64,000 bases of DNA from Eledone cirrhosa (taxonomy: Eukaryota). The stretch is taken from positions 44,392,001 through 44,456,000 of the forward strand of contig OZ024742.1 in assembly GCA_964016885.1 (NCBI GenBank), read 5' to 3'. The translations under genes and the position numbers were made by a program. Shown here piece by piece: positions 1 through 17,284 of the stretch (position 1 is its first letter; every line of letters starts with the position of its first letter). The notes beneath the pieces are model-generated. The model was not told the origin of the DNA. It did not search any database and worked only from the letters and a program-made list of their open reading frames with translations.

Positions 1-149
1 CTTGCATAAATTTGAACTGTAAAAATTAAAAGGAAAAAAAAACTCTCTGTGTGTGATACTACTGAGAGGTTTGTTACAACTTGGTAACAGATGTGAAATA
101 TTCTCTGTGAGAGCCCTTACTTTATTCTCTTTGGGGATGTCTGTGTAAG

Positions 150-370
150 GGGGAATGGAATGGCTGAATTATTAGAGCGTCAGACAAGTGCTTTGCATTA
201 TTTCTTCTGGCTCTTTATGTTCTCTGTTCAAATCCCGATGAGGTCAACTTTGCCTTTCACCGCACTGTGGTCAATAGAGTAAAATACCAGTCAGGTACTG
301 GGGTCAATATAATTGACTCCTCCCTCCCACCAATTACTGACCTAGTGCCTAAATTACAAATCATTATTAT
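150..370 (+). mobile_element. tRNA-derived SINE, GCCTTTCATCC...GGTCGATAAA...GTACCAG core family (diverged)
   Basis: GTTCAAATCC B-box-like motif followed by gaggtcaactttgcctttca...aaataccagt and an ATT tail. The same core recurs at about 24170-24370(-), 24615-24810(-), 25565-25780(-), 33897-34009(+), 37735-37870(-) and 38993-39177(-). Confidence 0.65.
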
Positions 371-512
371 CTTTTTTTTTATTTTTTCATCAGTAACATT
401 TTCAACTATATAATTTCATTTGTAAATTATGTGAAAAAATAAAAACAACCAAAAAAACATGAACAAAACATGAAGAAATCTTCAATTGAGTTATTATTTC
501 TTATTTTGTCAG

Positions 513-652
513 TTTGTGAGTATGGTTTCTATGGTCAAAACTGCAATATGACCTGTGGATGGTGTATTAAGGGGAAAAAGAATGTCATTTTGTAACTGGC
601 AAGTGTGTAAATGGATGCCAAAAAGGCTATGAAGGAACTACTTGTGCTAAAG
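513..652 (+). CDS. Exon encoding an EGF-like/laminin-EGF cysteine repeat of a MEGF10/CED-1/RPTP-type receptor; carries a 1-nt frameshift
   Basis: Acceptor ttattttgtcAG at 511-512 and donor AG|gtcagt at 653. Reads CEYGFYGQNCNMTCGWCIKGK / ECHFVTGKCVNGCQKGYEGTTCAK with phase 1-1 boundaries. It is 140 nt, one short of a multiple of 3, with the shift in the G4A5 run at 571-579. Confidence 0.75.
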
Positions 653-780
653 GTCAGTATACAATCATACTAATGTAGGGCTTCCCTACATGGACTAAAT
701 TTACCTGCTAGGGTATAAATTTAGCCTATGTAGAGTGAATTTGTTGATTCTTGATTTGTAGGTATTTAAAAAAAATATAA

Positions 781-1025
781 TTAATCCTATTGATACCAAC
801 CTGCCCAGAACCATCTCTGTCCCTATGAAACAAAACCACCCATTTTAAAGGGTTCCTAAATTAATTAAAATCTCCCCCCCCCAACATAATTTGATATAAA
901 AACCTTTTATTGTGTTACAGATACTATCTTAATGAAACAATGTATAATTTTAGTAAATCTCTCCAAGTACTTCATTAGTTAATTCAAACACAGTGTATTT
1001 CATTAGAAATACAGTAATAAACCAT
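781..1025 (-). mobile_element. TTAA-flanked non-autonomous DNA transposon (piggyBac-like MITE), diverged
   Basis: Starts ttaatcctattgataccaacc, the reverse complement of the family end ...ttggtatcaaaagggttaa seen at 28083-28101; internal similarity to 29265-29504. Confidence 0.5.
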
Positions 1026-2496
1026 CCTATACAGCGTGAAACCACAATATTAAGACATTCTTGAAAAGTATAAAACAATGATCTGTTCACTAGTAAAGAT
1101 ATTATAACCATCTAGACCAACAAGCCTGTTAAATCATACAGATTGTTAAGAGTTAAAAGCAGTCTGAAGTTAAGAAAATTTAAAGAAGATTTTGTTTATT
1201 AAATTTTGTTTCCAACCTTTCCAAACCTGCTTCTGGTTCTATGACAGCAGCCTCTGGTTCTGGCAGCAGCTCTGAGGATATCACAAAGCTGTGTGTCCTG
1301 ATGGTAATTAAGCAGAAGTCTTGACATGGTCATATGTATATCGCAGAAAAATACTTCTTGTTGTGATTGGAAGACTTGGGTTGCTGTTGTTTGATGATGT
1401 CCTTCAATAGGAGTGGTAGCGGAAGACACGGTCATCGATTTTTGTTGTTGTTCAACAGCAATGGTAGAGGCAGACATACAAACCAGGCACTGAAAGGACC
1501 AATTTGGTAGCTGGACCATTTCCCAGAGTTCATCCATCATAGAAATATGGTGAATCTTTTTCTGACCTGGGATCTTTCAAAAGTTTGTGGCACATTGAAG
1601 GCAAACAGAAACATGACATTTACCACATTCAACTCATCGATTTCGGAAGGAGTTCTCTGGTTCTGTACGTGATTTTCTGGGCAATGTTCTATTTTGGAAC
1701 ATGGACCAGTTTTATCACACACTTCATCCATGGATGTCACAATAGCAATTTTTGTTCTGTCTGTCTATCCGTACAGTAGAACAAAATGTAAACAAATAGA
1801 TATGTTGCGTAAGTTTAGCACACTCGTTAACGAGATAAATAAAATGTTTGTTTATGTTTCGCGTTTTTATTTTTGTTTCCATTTTCCTATGCATTGTGTG
1901 TATGTATACACAAAGAAAAGGTGTATGTGGGTTAGAAATGAAGTCAATGTTCAGAATGGTTTTATAATTTATGTAAGATTGGCTGGTATAGTGTCTCACT
2001 CGAAATAGTGCGATTCTTTTCACTTTGTGTGTGTATGCATGTGTGGTATGTATCTATATATAAATCTGTGTGTATATTGTTGTTTATAGATATTGTGAAG
2101 TACTTGCTATGATCCCTAAGGATGTAGTGATTTATATTTTTCATTCATTCATGTCTACAAGTGGTTTGTTGGCGAAAATCAGATATACTTCGTTAAAGTA
2201 ATGTTATGTTGAAACTGGTTCTAATAGTCAGGGAATAATGAATATTGTAATCCATCTGACATGTGTTTAAAAGGGCAGTTTTCGGTGATAATATTATATT
2301 TAGATAGGAGAGAGCCGTGGTCAAGAGTTCTTCCTTGTCGCCATCTTGATATATATATAGACAATATTATAATGTCAAAACAATATTATCACATAGTCTA
2401 CCTTGTTAATATCATATATATATACAGCATTTTCATGTCTAGACAACATTATCATCCTTTCATCATGCGGTTTCTGTCCATTTTCTCTCTTTCCAG

Positions 2497-2596
2497 CTGT
2501 AGTAACCGCTAAAAAGATGTCAACAACGGGTGCTGTTGTAGCAGCCCTTATTGCTTCTGTAGTTGTCGTTTTGGTCACCTTACTTGTTTTCCACAG
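2497..2596 (+). CDS. Transmembrane-segment exon of the same single-pass receptor
   Basis: Strong polypyrimidine acceptor ttttctctctttccAG and canonical donor AG|gtaagt. Phase-1 start is compatible with the EGF exon. Encodes VVTAKKMSTTGAVVAALIASVVVVLVTLLVFHR, a hydrophobic helix followed by a basic residue. Confidence 0.75.
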
Positions 2597-3254
2597 GTAA
2601 GTACATCTCAACACAAAAACCAACAAACAAATGTTTTATCATACTTTGTTTATTTTATTTTGAAAATTTTTATTATACATTTGAAATGTATTTATCCCAA
2701 TGCAAAATGAACATACAATCACTATAAATAATGGTTGAGAAAATTGGGCATAAAGTACTCCTGGAAACAAGAAAAACTGGACAGGTGCCTCTGTCCACTT
2801 TTTTCTTGCCTCCGGGTGATTTTTCCACTATTATTATGATGGGATGAATACATTAAACATTTTCCAATTCTTCCAATGTGAATCAGTTGTAAACATTTAA
2901 TTTTATAGTTTTATAATTTACATGAGAGCATTGCAAAACAAATGGTTGGGATTGTATGGGAAAGCTGGTACAATGCAAGTTAGAAATACAAGAAAAATAA
3001 ACAAAATCAGCTGTTTACATTTTTAACTTATATTACCCGATATTTCAAGAATAAGACCCTTTTTTCAAAAGAAAGAAAGTGGAGTGTAATGACCAACACT
3101 CCTAAACTCAAAAATTTCATGAAATATAAGGTAAAGGTGTTGTTGCTTATAATTATATATATATATATATACATACACAAATATTTACACTCTACTATCC
3201 CAAGTATTGAGTATTCTGCTGAGTTTTACTAGTTTAAAACTGGCATAATCCTGA

Positions 3255-3393
<139 letters not shown>

Positions 3394-3651
3394 GTGTGTG
3401 TGTGGTGGATAATTGTTATTCCTTTGATGGGTGTTTGATGAAAAGAATAATGCCAGTATTGTGTTGTTAACGTTTATTTTATAACAACAGTATTCACTTT
3501 GAACATTGAGTAATAATATTTGTGACATGAATTATCCTTACATTAATTTGCTGGCTAGCTACTTCGAGCTACCATGCATGCATGTATCAATTCGACGTTA
3601 CAATATCACAGTGAGATAGTATGAGCGTAGAATGTAAACAAGAATATGAAC

Positions 3652-3686
<35 letters not shown>

Positions 3687-4097
3687 TCTTAGAATACATT
3701 ATTCGTCTCAAGGACTACTGCTTCATGTCTGGCTGTCCGGCTGTGTCTGTGGCCGTGTCTATGTCCTGGCCATACTGGTGATAACCAGTATGGCCAGGAG
3801 AGAAAAAGGGTAAAAGGTGTGCTGATGCCTACATCGTTATCACTCACTGACTGCTGCTTCAGGTCTATGGGTTTCCTAAGTCGTTGTATTTATAATAACC
3901 TTATAGCTAGAAGGATGTGTAGCAAGGTCGATTTATGATCAGCCATGTGGATATCGTCTCCCAGGAAGCTGGGGTCGCAGGTCAAGTAGTATGTATGTTT
4001 ATCATCGTGGTCTTGACAGGACAATGGAGGGAACCTTCGAATCTTTGCCGGTAAAACAAGAGTATTCCGTTATATATATATATATATATATATATAT

Positions 4098-4275
4098 CAC
4101 CATCATCATCATCATCATTTTACGTCCGCGTTTCCCTGCTTGCAAGGGTGGGACGGGAACTGATTCTGGCTTGATTTCTACAGCTGGATGCCCATTCCTA
4201 ACACCAACTTCATTTACAGTGAGTGCTGGGTGCTTTTTTGCCGTGGCACCTTCACGACCACTTTGCAGTGGAATG
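4098..4275 (-). mobile_element. RTE-type LINE 3' UTR fragment
   Basis: (CAT)n tail followed by ttttacgtcc... and ctacagctggatgccc..cctaacaccaac, shared with the RTE 3' ends elsewhere in the window. Confidence 0.65.
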
Positions 4276-4299
4276 ATAGGGACCCCAGTCCCTATCATC

Positions 4300-4443
4300 T
4301 CATTTCTACAGCTGAGTAAACTGGAGCAATGTGAAATAAAGTGTCTTGCTCAAGGAAACAACACATCACCCGGTCTGAGAATTGAACTCACAACCTTTCG
4401 ATTGCAAGGCCAATACTCTAACCATTAAGCCATGTGCCTCCAC
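4300..4443 (-). mobile_element. tRNA-derived SINE (head plus CCTTGAGCAAGACACTTTATTTCAC body)
   Basis: Minus strand reads ggcttaatggttagagt...gttcaattc (A and B boxes) then ccttgagcaagacactttatttcacattgctcc. Relatives at 26483-26750(+), 36778-36905(+) and 41127-41248(-). Confidence 0.7.
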
Positions 4444-4620
4444 ATATGTATATATATGTATTTATATGTATATATATAAATATATGTATATATATATATA
4501 TGTATATATATATCTATATATGTATATATATATATATATCTGTATATGTATATATATATATATATGTATATATGTATATATATATCTATATATGTATATA
4601 TATATATATATCTGTATATG

Positions 4621-4655
<35 letters not shown>

Positions 4656-4684
4656 GTATATATGTATATATATATGTATATATG

Positions 4685-4715
<31 letters not shown>

Positions 4716-5044
4716 GTATATATATATATGTATATATATATATGTATATATATATATGTATATGTATATATATATATGTATATATATATATGTATATATA
4801 TATATGTATATATATATATGTATATATATATATGTATATATGTATATGTATATATGTATATATATATATGTATATATATATATGTATATATATATATGTG
4901 TATATATATATATGTATATATATATATGTATATATATATATGTATATATATATATGTATATATATATATGTATATATATATATGTATATATATATATGTA
5001 TATATATATAATGTATATATATATATGTATATATATGTATGTAT
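4444..5044. repeat. (TA)n/(TATG) compound microsatellite
   Basis: Direct reading; source of the YI-repeat pseudo-ORFs. Confidence 0.95.
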
Positions 5045-5517
5045 ATCATCATCATCATCATCATCATCAGGTTTAGCGTCCGTGTTCCACACTTGCATGG
5101 GTTTGGACGGGGGTTTTCCCACTTGAGGCAAGAGTGGTTGTCTTGCTCGCATAGGACTGTCTGGCGGGTTTTCTACAGTTGGATGCCCTTCCTAACACCA
5201 ACCACATTTACAGTGTGGGGCTGGGAGGTTTTTACCGTGTTGCCTACACGGCCACATTACAGCGTGGACTGTCTGGCGGGTTTTCTACAGCTGGATGCCC
5301 TTCCTAACACCAACCACATTTACAGTGTGGGGCTGGGAGGTTTTACCGTGTTGCCTACACGGCCACATTTACAGCGTGGACTGTGTGTTTTTTGTCGTGA
5401 CACCTACACGATCTCATTTGTTTCGGCCTGGATGTTGTGGGACCAACATAACTGTACATTGAAAGGGGCGGTGTGGATGGGGTGGAGGTGGTGGGACGGG
5501 GGGGTGTTTTGATAGAG
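5045..5517 (-). mobile_element. RTE LINE 3' UTR fragment with an internal tandem duplication of about 110 bp
   Basis: Reverse complement of the 3' UTR at 44010-44371. The block ggactgtctggcgggttttctacag...ggccacatt(t)acagcgt occurs twice (about 5154-5264 and 5265-5377). Confidence 0.85.
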
Positions 5518-5632
5518 ATGTATATATATAATGTATATATATATATAATATATATATATATATGTATGTATATATATATGTATGTATATATATATGTATG
5601 TATATATATATGTATGTATATATATATGTATG

Positions 5633-5672
<40 letters not shown>

Positions 5673-5728
5673 TATGTATGTATATATATATGTATGTATA
5701 TATATATGTATGTATATATATATGTATG

Positions 5729-5768
<40 letters not shown>

Positions 5769-5893
5769 TGTATGTATATATATATGTATGTATATATATA
5801 TGTATATATATATATGTATATATATATGTATATATATATGTATATATATATGTATATATATATGTATATATATATGTATATATATATGTATGT

Positions 5894-5934
<41 letters not shown>

Positions 5935-5984
5935 TGTATGTATATATATATGTATGTATATATATATATCTATATATATATGTA

Positions 5985-7433
5985 TGTACTTAGCTTTCGT
6001 CGACTTGGAGAAGGCCTTCGACAGAGTCCCCCGTTCCATTATCTGGTCGGTTCTTAGAAAACTAGGTGTTGATGAATGGCTTGTGAGAGCGATACAAGCC
6101 ATGTATAAAGAAACAGTCAGCAAGGTTAGAGTTAACAACGAATATAGTGAAGAGTTTAGTGTAAAAGTTGGTGTTCATCAGGGCTCTGTTCTTAGCCCCC
6201 TAGTATTTATTATTGCCCTCCAGGCTATAACAGTTGAGTTCAAGACCGGCTGCCCATGGGAACTCCTATACGCAGATGATCTAACGCTCATAGCTGAATC
6301 AATGGCCGAGCTAGAGAAGAAATTCCAAACATGGAAGCAAGGCCTAGAATCAAAAGGACTTAAAATTAACCTGGCTAAGACTAAAGTTCTAGTTTGTAAG
6401 AAAGAAAATAAGGCGGCGGTCCCCTCCGGGAAGTGGCCATGCGCAGCATGTAGGAAAGGCGTAGGCAGAAATTCCATTTTGTGTCCCAAATGCAAAGTTT
6501 GGGTGCATAAAAGATGTAGTGGGATCACAGGTAAGCTAACTAAGAACATAGATTTTACATGTGGCCGGTGTTCTGGGGCAATAATTAGCAGCAAGTGCCC
6601 ACAAAATACTAGCTCTTTCAACTGCGCAGAGGGTTCTATAGAAATAGTGGACAGCTTCCGTTACCTGGGTGACAAAATCAGCAGTGGGGAGGGTGCTCTG
6701 AAAGTACAGTAGCTAGAGTCAGAACTGGGTGGAAAAAGTTCAGAGAGCTTATACCACTATTAGCCGCTAAAGGGTTCTCCCTAAAAATGAAAGGCAGGCT
6801 GTACGATGCCTGCATACGAACAGCAATGTTGCATGGCAGTGAGACCTGGGCATTGTGTGCAGAGGATATACGCAGACTAGAGAGAAACGAAGCTTGCATG
6901 CTCCGCTGGATGTGTAATAGTAATATACGTGAACGACAAAGCATAAACGAACTAAGGAAAAAATTAGAAATAAGAGGGATCAGATGTTGTTTACTAGAGA
7001 GAAGGCTACGTTGGTAGGGTCACGTGATGCGCATGAAGGACGATAGCTGTATAACAAAGTGCAGGGCAATAAAGATAGACGGTAGCCACGGAATAGGCAG
7101 ACCCAGAAAAACCTGGGACGAGCTGATAAACTCCGACCTCACACACTTACACCTCTCCAAGACAATGTCACTGGACCGAGACCTTTGGCGGTACTCAGTA
7201 ATAGAGAAGACCCGCCTTACCTAAATACAAAGTAAAACCTACTACAGTCAGTAGGCATCTGTAACAAAATACACCCCCGTCCCACCACCCCCACCTCATC
7301 CACACCGCCCCCTTCTATGTAAAGTTATGTTGGTGCCACACCATCCAGGCTGAAACAAATGAGATCGTGTAGGTGTCACGACAAAAAAACACACAGTCCA
7401 CGCTGTAATGTGGCCGTGTAGACAACACGGTAA
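5985..7433 (+). mobile_element. 5'-truncated RTE LINE (RT C-terminal half, PHD-like insert, 3' UTR), pseudogenised
   Basis: Motifs [38 protein letters not shown] and GRPRKTW. Frameshift near 6686, stop at 7015-7017. Runs into the N gap. Confidence 0.95.
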
Positions 7434-7633
7434 NNNNNNNNNNNNNNNNNNNNNNNNNNNNNNNNNNNNNNNNNNNNNNNNNNNNNNNNNNNNNNNNNNN
7501 NNNNNNNNNNNNNNNNNNNNNNNNNNNNNNNNNNNNNNNNNNNNNNNNNNNNNNNNNNNNNNNNNNNNNNNNNNNNNNNNNNNNNNNNNNNNNNNNNNNN
7601 NNNNNNNNNNNNNNNNNNNNNNNNNNNNNNNNN
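7434..7633. other. Assembly gap (200 N)
   Basis: Run of N. Confidence 1.
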
Positions 7634-8700
7634 ATTCTGTCGAGGTGGAACCAACATAATTAAAAGAATTTAAATCAGTTCTAACATTACAGTTGTATAT
7701 TATATTTTTAACTAAGCAATTGTTATTTAGCGGACATTTAGATCTATCTCTACAGTTACAGTTTTTTAGTTGAATATTGTTTAGGCTATTTTCGGTATTT
7801 TGGCTAGGTTTTAGATTCCTATTATTTATTCTATTAATATTTTGTGCTAAATTTTTGGTGGACGAGTACGTTAATTTTATAGTATGTCTATTAAAAATTG
7901 AGTGATACTTATGTGTTCTAGGGAAGCGTTTGTCAAGAGCATTAAAAAATAGTTTAGCGATGTGGGTTTTAATGTTTAGTGAGAAAGGGGGGGGGGAAAC
8001 CATATTATATTTCTAGTTCTATTTCTTTTCTGGTTTTTGAAATTATTGTAGTGCTTTCTATTATCGTTGTTAAAGTTGTTACTGTAATTAAAATTGTTGT
8101 TATTTTGGTTAGTTTGTCTACTATCGATGTAAATAATTTTATCACTATATCCTGCTCTAGCTAAAGCTTCATTATAATACTGGGCTTTTTCGTCAAAAAT
8201 ATTTTTATTGGAAGAGATTATAGAGATACGTTTTTGAACAGAGTTCACTATAGTATTTTTGACAGATCTGGGGTGATTGGAGCTAAAATTGACATAATTC
8301 AAGTTTTCATTTAACTCGTGAAATGGATAGTGAAGACATGTGTTGAGATTAAATGTTACGTCTAGGAAATTGACTATTCTATGGTTATTCTCAATTTCTA
8401 TTTTTAGATTAAGGTAATTTTAAAATTGTATAATTTGTTTTCTTTTCTTATTTAGTTCAGAGTTATTATTTTCAATAAGTAAAAGCATGTCATCTCTATA
8501 TAAACCTCCGGTAACACCGGGTATTTTCCTATGCAGCGAATTAATTATAAATAGGCCCACAAGGTCCGTTACCTGAGCTGAGTCTGATGATCCCATAGTA
8601 ATGTCCAAAATTATTATCTCTATCTGCCCTAGTCCATATTTGGTTATTAAATTCTATCAAAGTTTTCCTATATTTATCAACTTGAATTTGAGATAACCTT
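7634..8700 (-). mobile_element. Penelope-like element remnant (YRDD-type RT, linker, start of GIY-YIG), frameshifted
   Basis: DITMGSSDSAQVTDLVG...GLYRDD (8420-8608), YVNFSSNHP...YYNEALARAGY, IIWFPPPFS, CNC...CPLNNNC and NIIYNC...YVGST. Confidence 0.85.
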
Positions 8701-9273
8701 CTCTTTTCTCTTTTTTCACGAGAATGCATATATACTTATGTTTGAAGTTTTATCTCAGATTTTGCTTATAGACCTAAGAATTTTTAACTGAGCATGTGGT
8801 CATTTTTTTTCACACATTATGGATATGTGTCTCATTCATGAATACTGATATTTACATTATAATACCTAATTCATAAAAATTGATAATTCAAATGGATGAG
8901 ACATAATATATTTTTAATATATTTTAAATATATCATCTTTCTTTCTTTTTCTCCTATACACTAATTTAACTGTATCCTCTCACATATACGATGATCATCT
9001 GTCAAAAAGCAGCCTACTATGTTTCTCACCATCAATATATTTCTCTCTCTCCTTGTCTCTTTATCTCGCTCCGTTGTTTTTCTTTGCATACATCTCTTCA
9101 TCTTCTTCTTTTTTTTTATTTGCATACATCTCTTCATCTTCTTCTTCTCATCTTCGTTTTCTTTCTATATAACTATCATAAAAGTTTCACTACCAAATCA
9201 ACTTTTTAAATGGAAGTTGCATTATCACAAGGTATGTCACTAATTATTTATAAAACAGCTTATGTATTGTATT

Positions 9274-9331
9274 TTGTCTGAGGAAGGCATAACATATTTT
9301 TAATATGATATCCCAGAAATATATATAACGA
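9274..9331 (+). ncRNA. Minimal type I hammerhead ribozyme motif in an inverted pseudo-LTR piece next to the 5' end of the PLE remnant
   Basis: ttgt-CTGAGGA-stem II (CATATT/AATATG)-GAAA-TATATA-TA^acga. Same family as 41859-41920 and 58560-58621. Confidence 0.55.
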
Positions 9332-9375
9332 CATAAATATAGTTTTATAAACATAGTTTCCATTTGTTTAATATC

Positions 9376-16456
<7,081 letters not shown>

Positions 16457-16585
16457 AGAGAGAAAATTGAGGTTGGTAATGGCACATGGAATATATAAGA
16501 GACAGAATACTTTTTTGTGAAAAAACATAATTTTATAAGGTAAGGAAATAATAAGGGTATAAAAAATGACCGGTTTCGATGGGTC

Positions 16586-17284
16586 AAATCGTGGAAACAG
16601 GACTGCGAGAATGCAGAAACTATTTCCCTTAAACGGTGGGAAAAATCCGAAAACTGGTTCCTCAAATATGAAGAAGACTTTAAAAGGATGCACCAAACAG
16701 GTAACCCCTTTATAAAGCATTTGAACATAACAAGAACTACAACAGACACATTTACACCACCAAACCCAACACACACTAACCACAGGCACATCCCCCACCA
16801 ACACAAACCAAATACGGCCAACTACACCAAAAGAAACACACCCAACCACCACAACACAGGTTTCCGTAGAAATGCCCCCTACATAAACCAACGACGAAAT
16901 AACATAGATCCAACTCACAACACACACACCACATTCCTCAGAAGAAATCCACCCAGGCCACTTGAAATCACAACAGAACTTACCCACAACCACACCAGAC
17001 ATCACCCTCAATCCAACAAAAGACAACCCCCCAGCCTCAACACTCTGTACCACAGAAATAACGCACCCAGACCACATGAACCAACAACAGAACCCTTGCT
17101 CATCAACAACCACAACACATACCACCCCCACCATCACATTCACCCTCATGAAACAACAAGCTACAGACCCACACGCAACAGACCAACAAAATATAATCAC
17201 ACACAAAACTACATTCCTTTTTTAGGGAAAAGCCTGAAATACCAGGATACTCGATGGCCCCCCCTCAGGAGAAACCAAAAATAA
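16586..17284 (+). CDS. PLE upstream ORF1 (5'-truncated): Trp-containing helical segment followed by an N/H/T/P/R-rich low-complexity region
   Basis: The frame is open from the inversion junction at 16586 (KSWKQDCENAETISLKRWEKSENWFLKYEEDFKRMH...) to TAA at 17282-17284, about 232 codons, and overlaps ORF2. Confidence 0.65.
   Translation, partial: KSWKQDCENAETISLKRWEKSENWFLKYEEDFKRMHQTGNPFIKHLNITRTTTDTFTPPNPTHTNHRHIPHQHKPNTANYTKRNTPNHHNTGFRRNAPYINQRRNNIDPTHNTHTTFLRRNPPRPLEITTELTHNHTRHHPQSNKRQPPSLNTLYHRNNAPRPHEPTTEPLLINNHNTYHPHHHIHPHETTSYRPTRNRPTKYNHTQNYIPFLGKSLKYQDTRWPPLRRNQK

Noticed and set aside
5045-5985. Twin-priming inversion joining the inverted RTE 3' UTR to the RTE at 5985
   Set aside because: The two 3' UTRs differ at many positions and are separated by about 470 bp of microsatellite; independent insertions are more likely.
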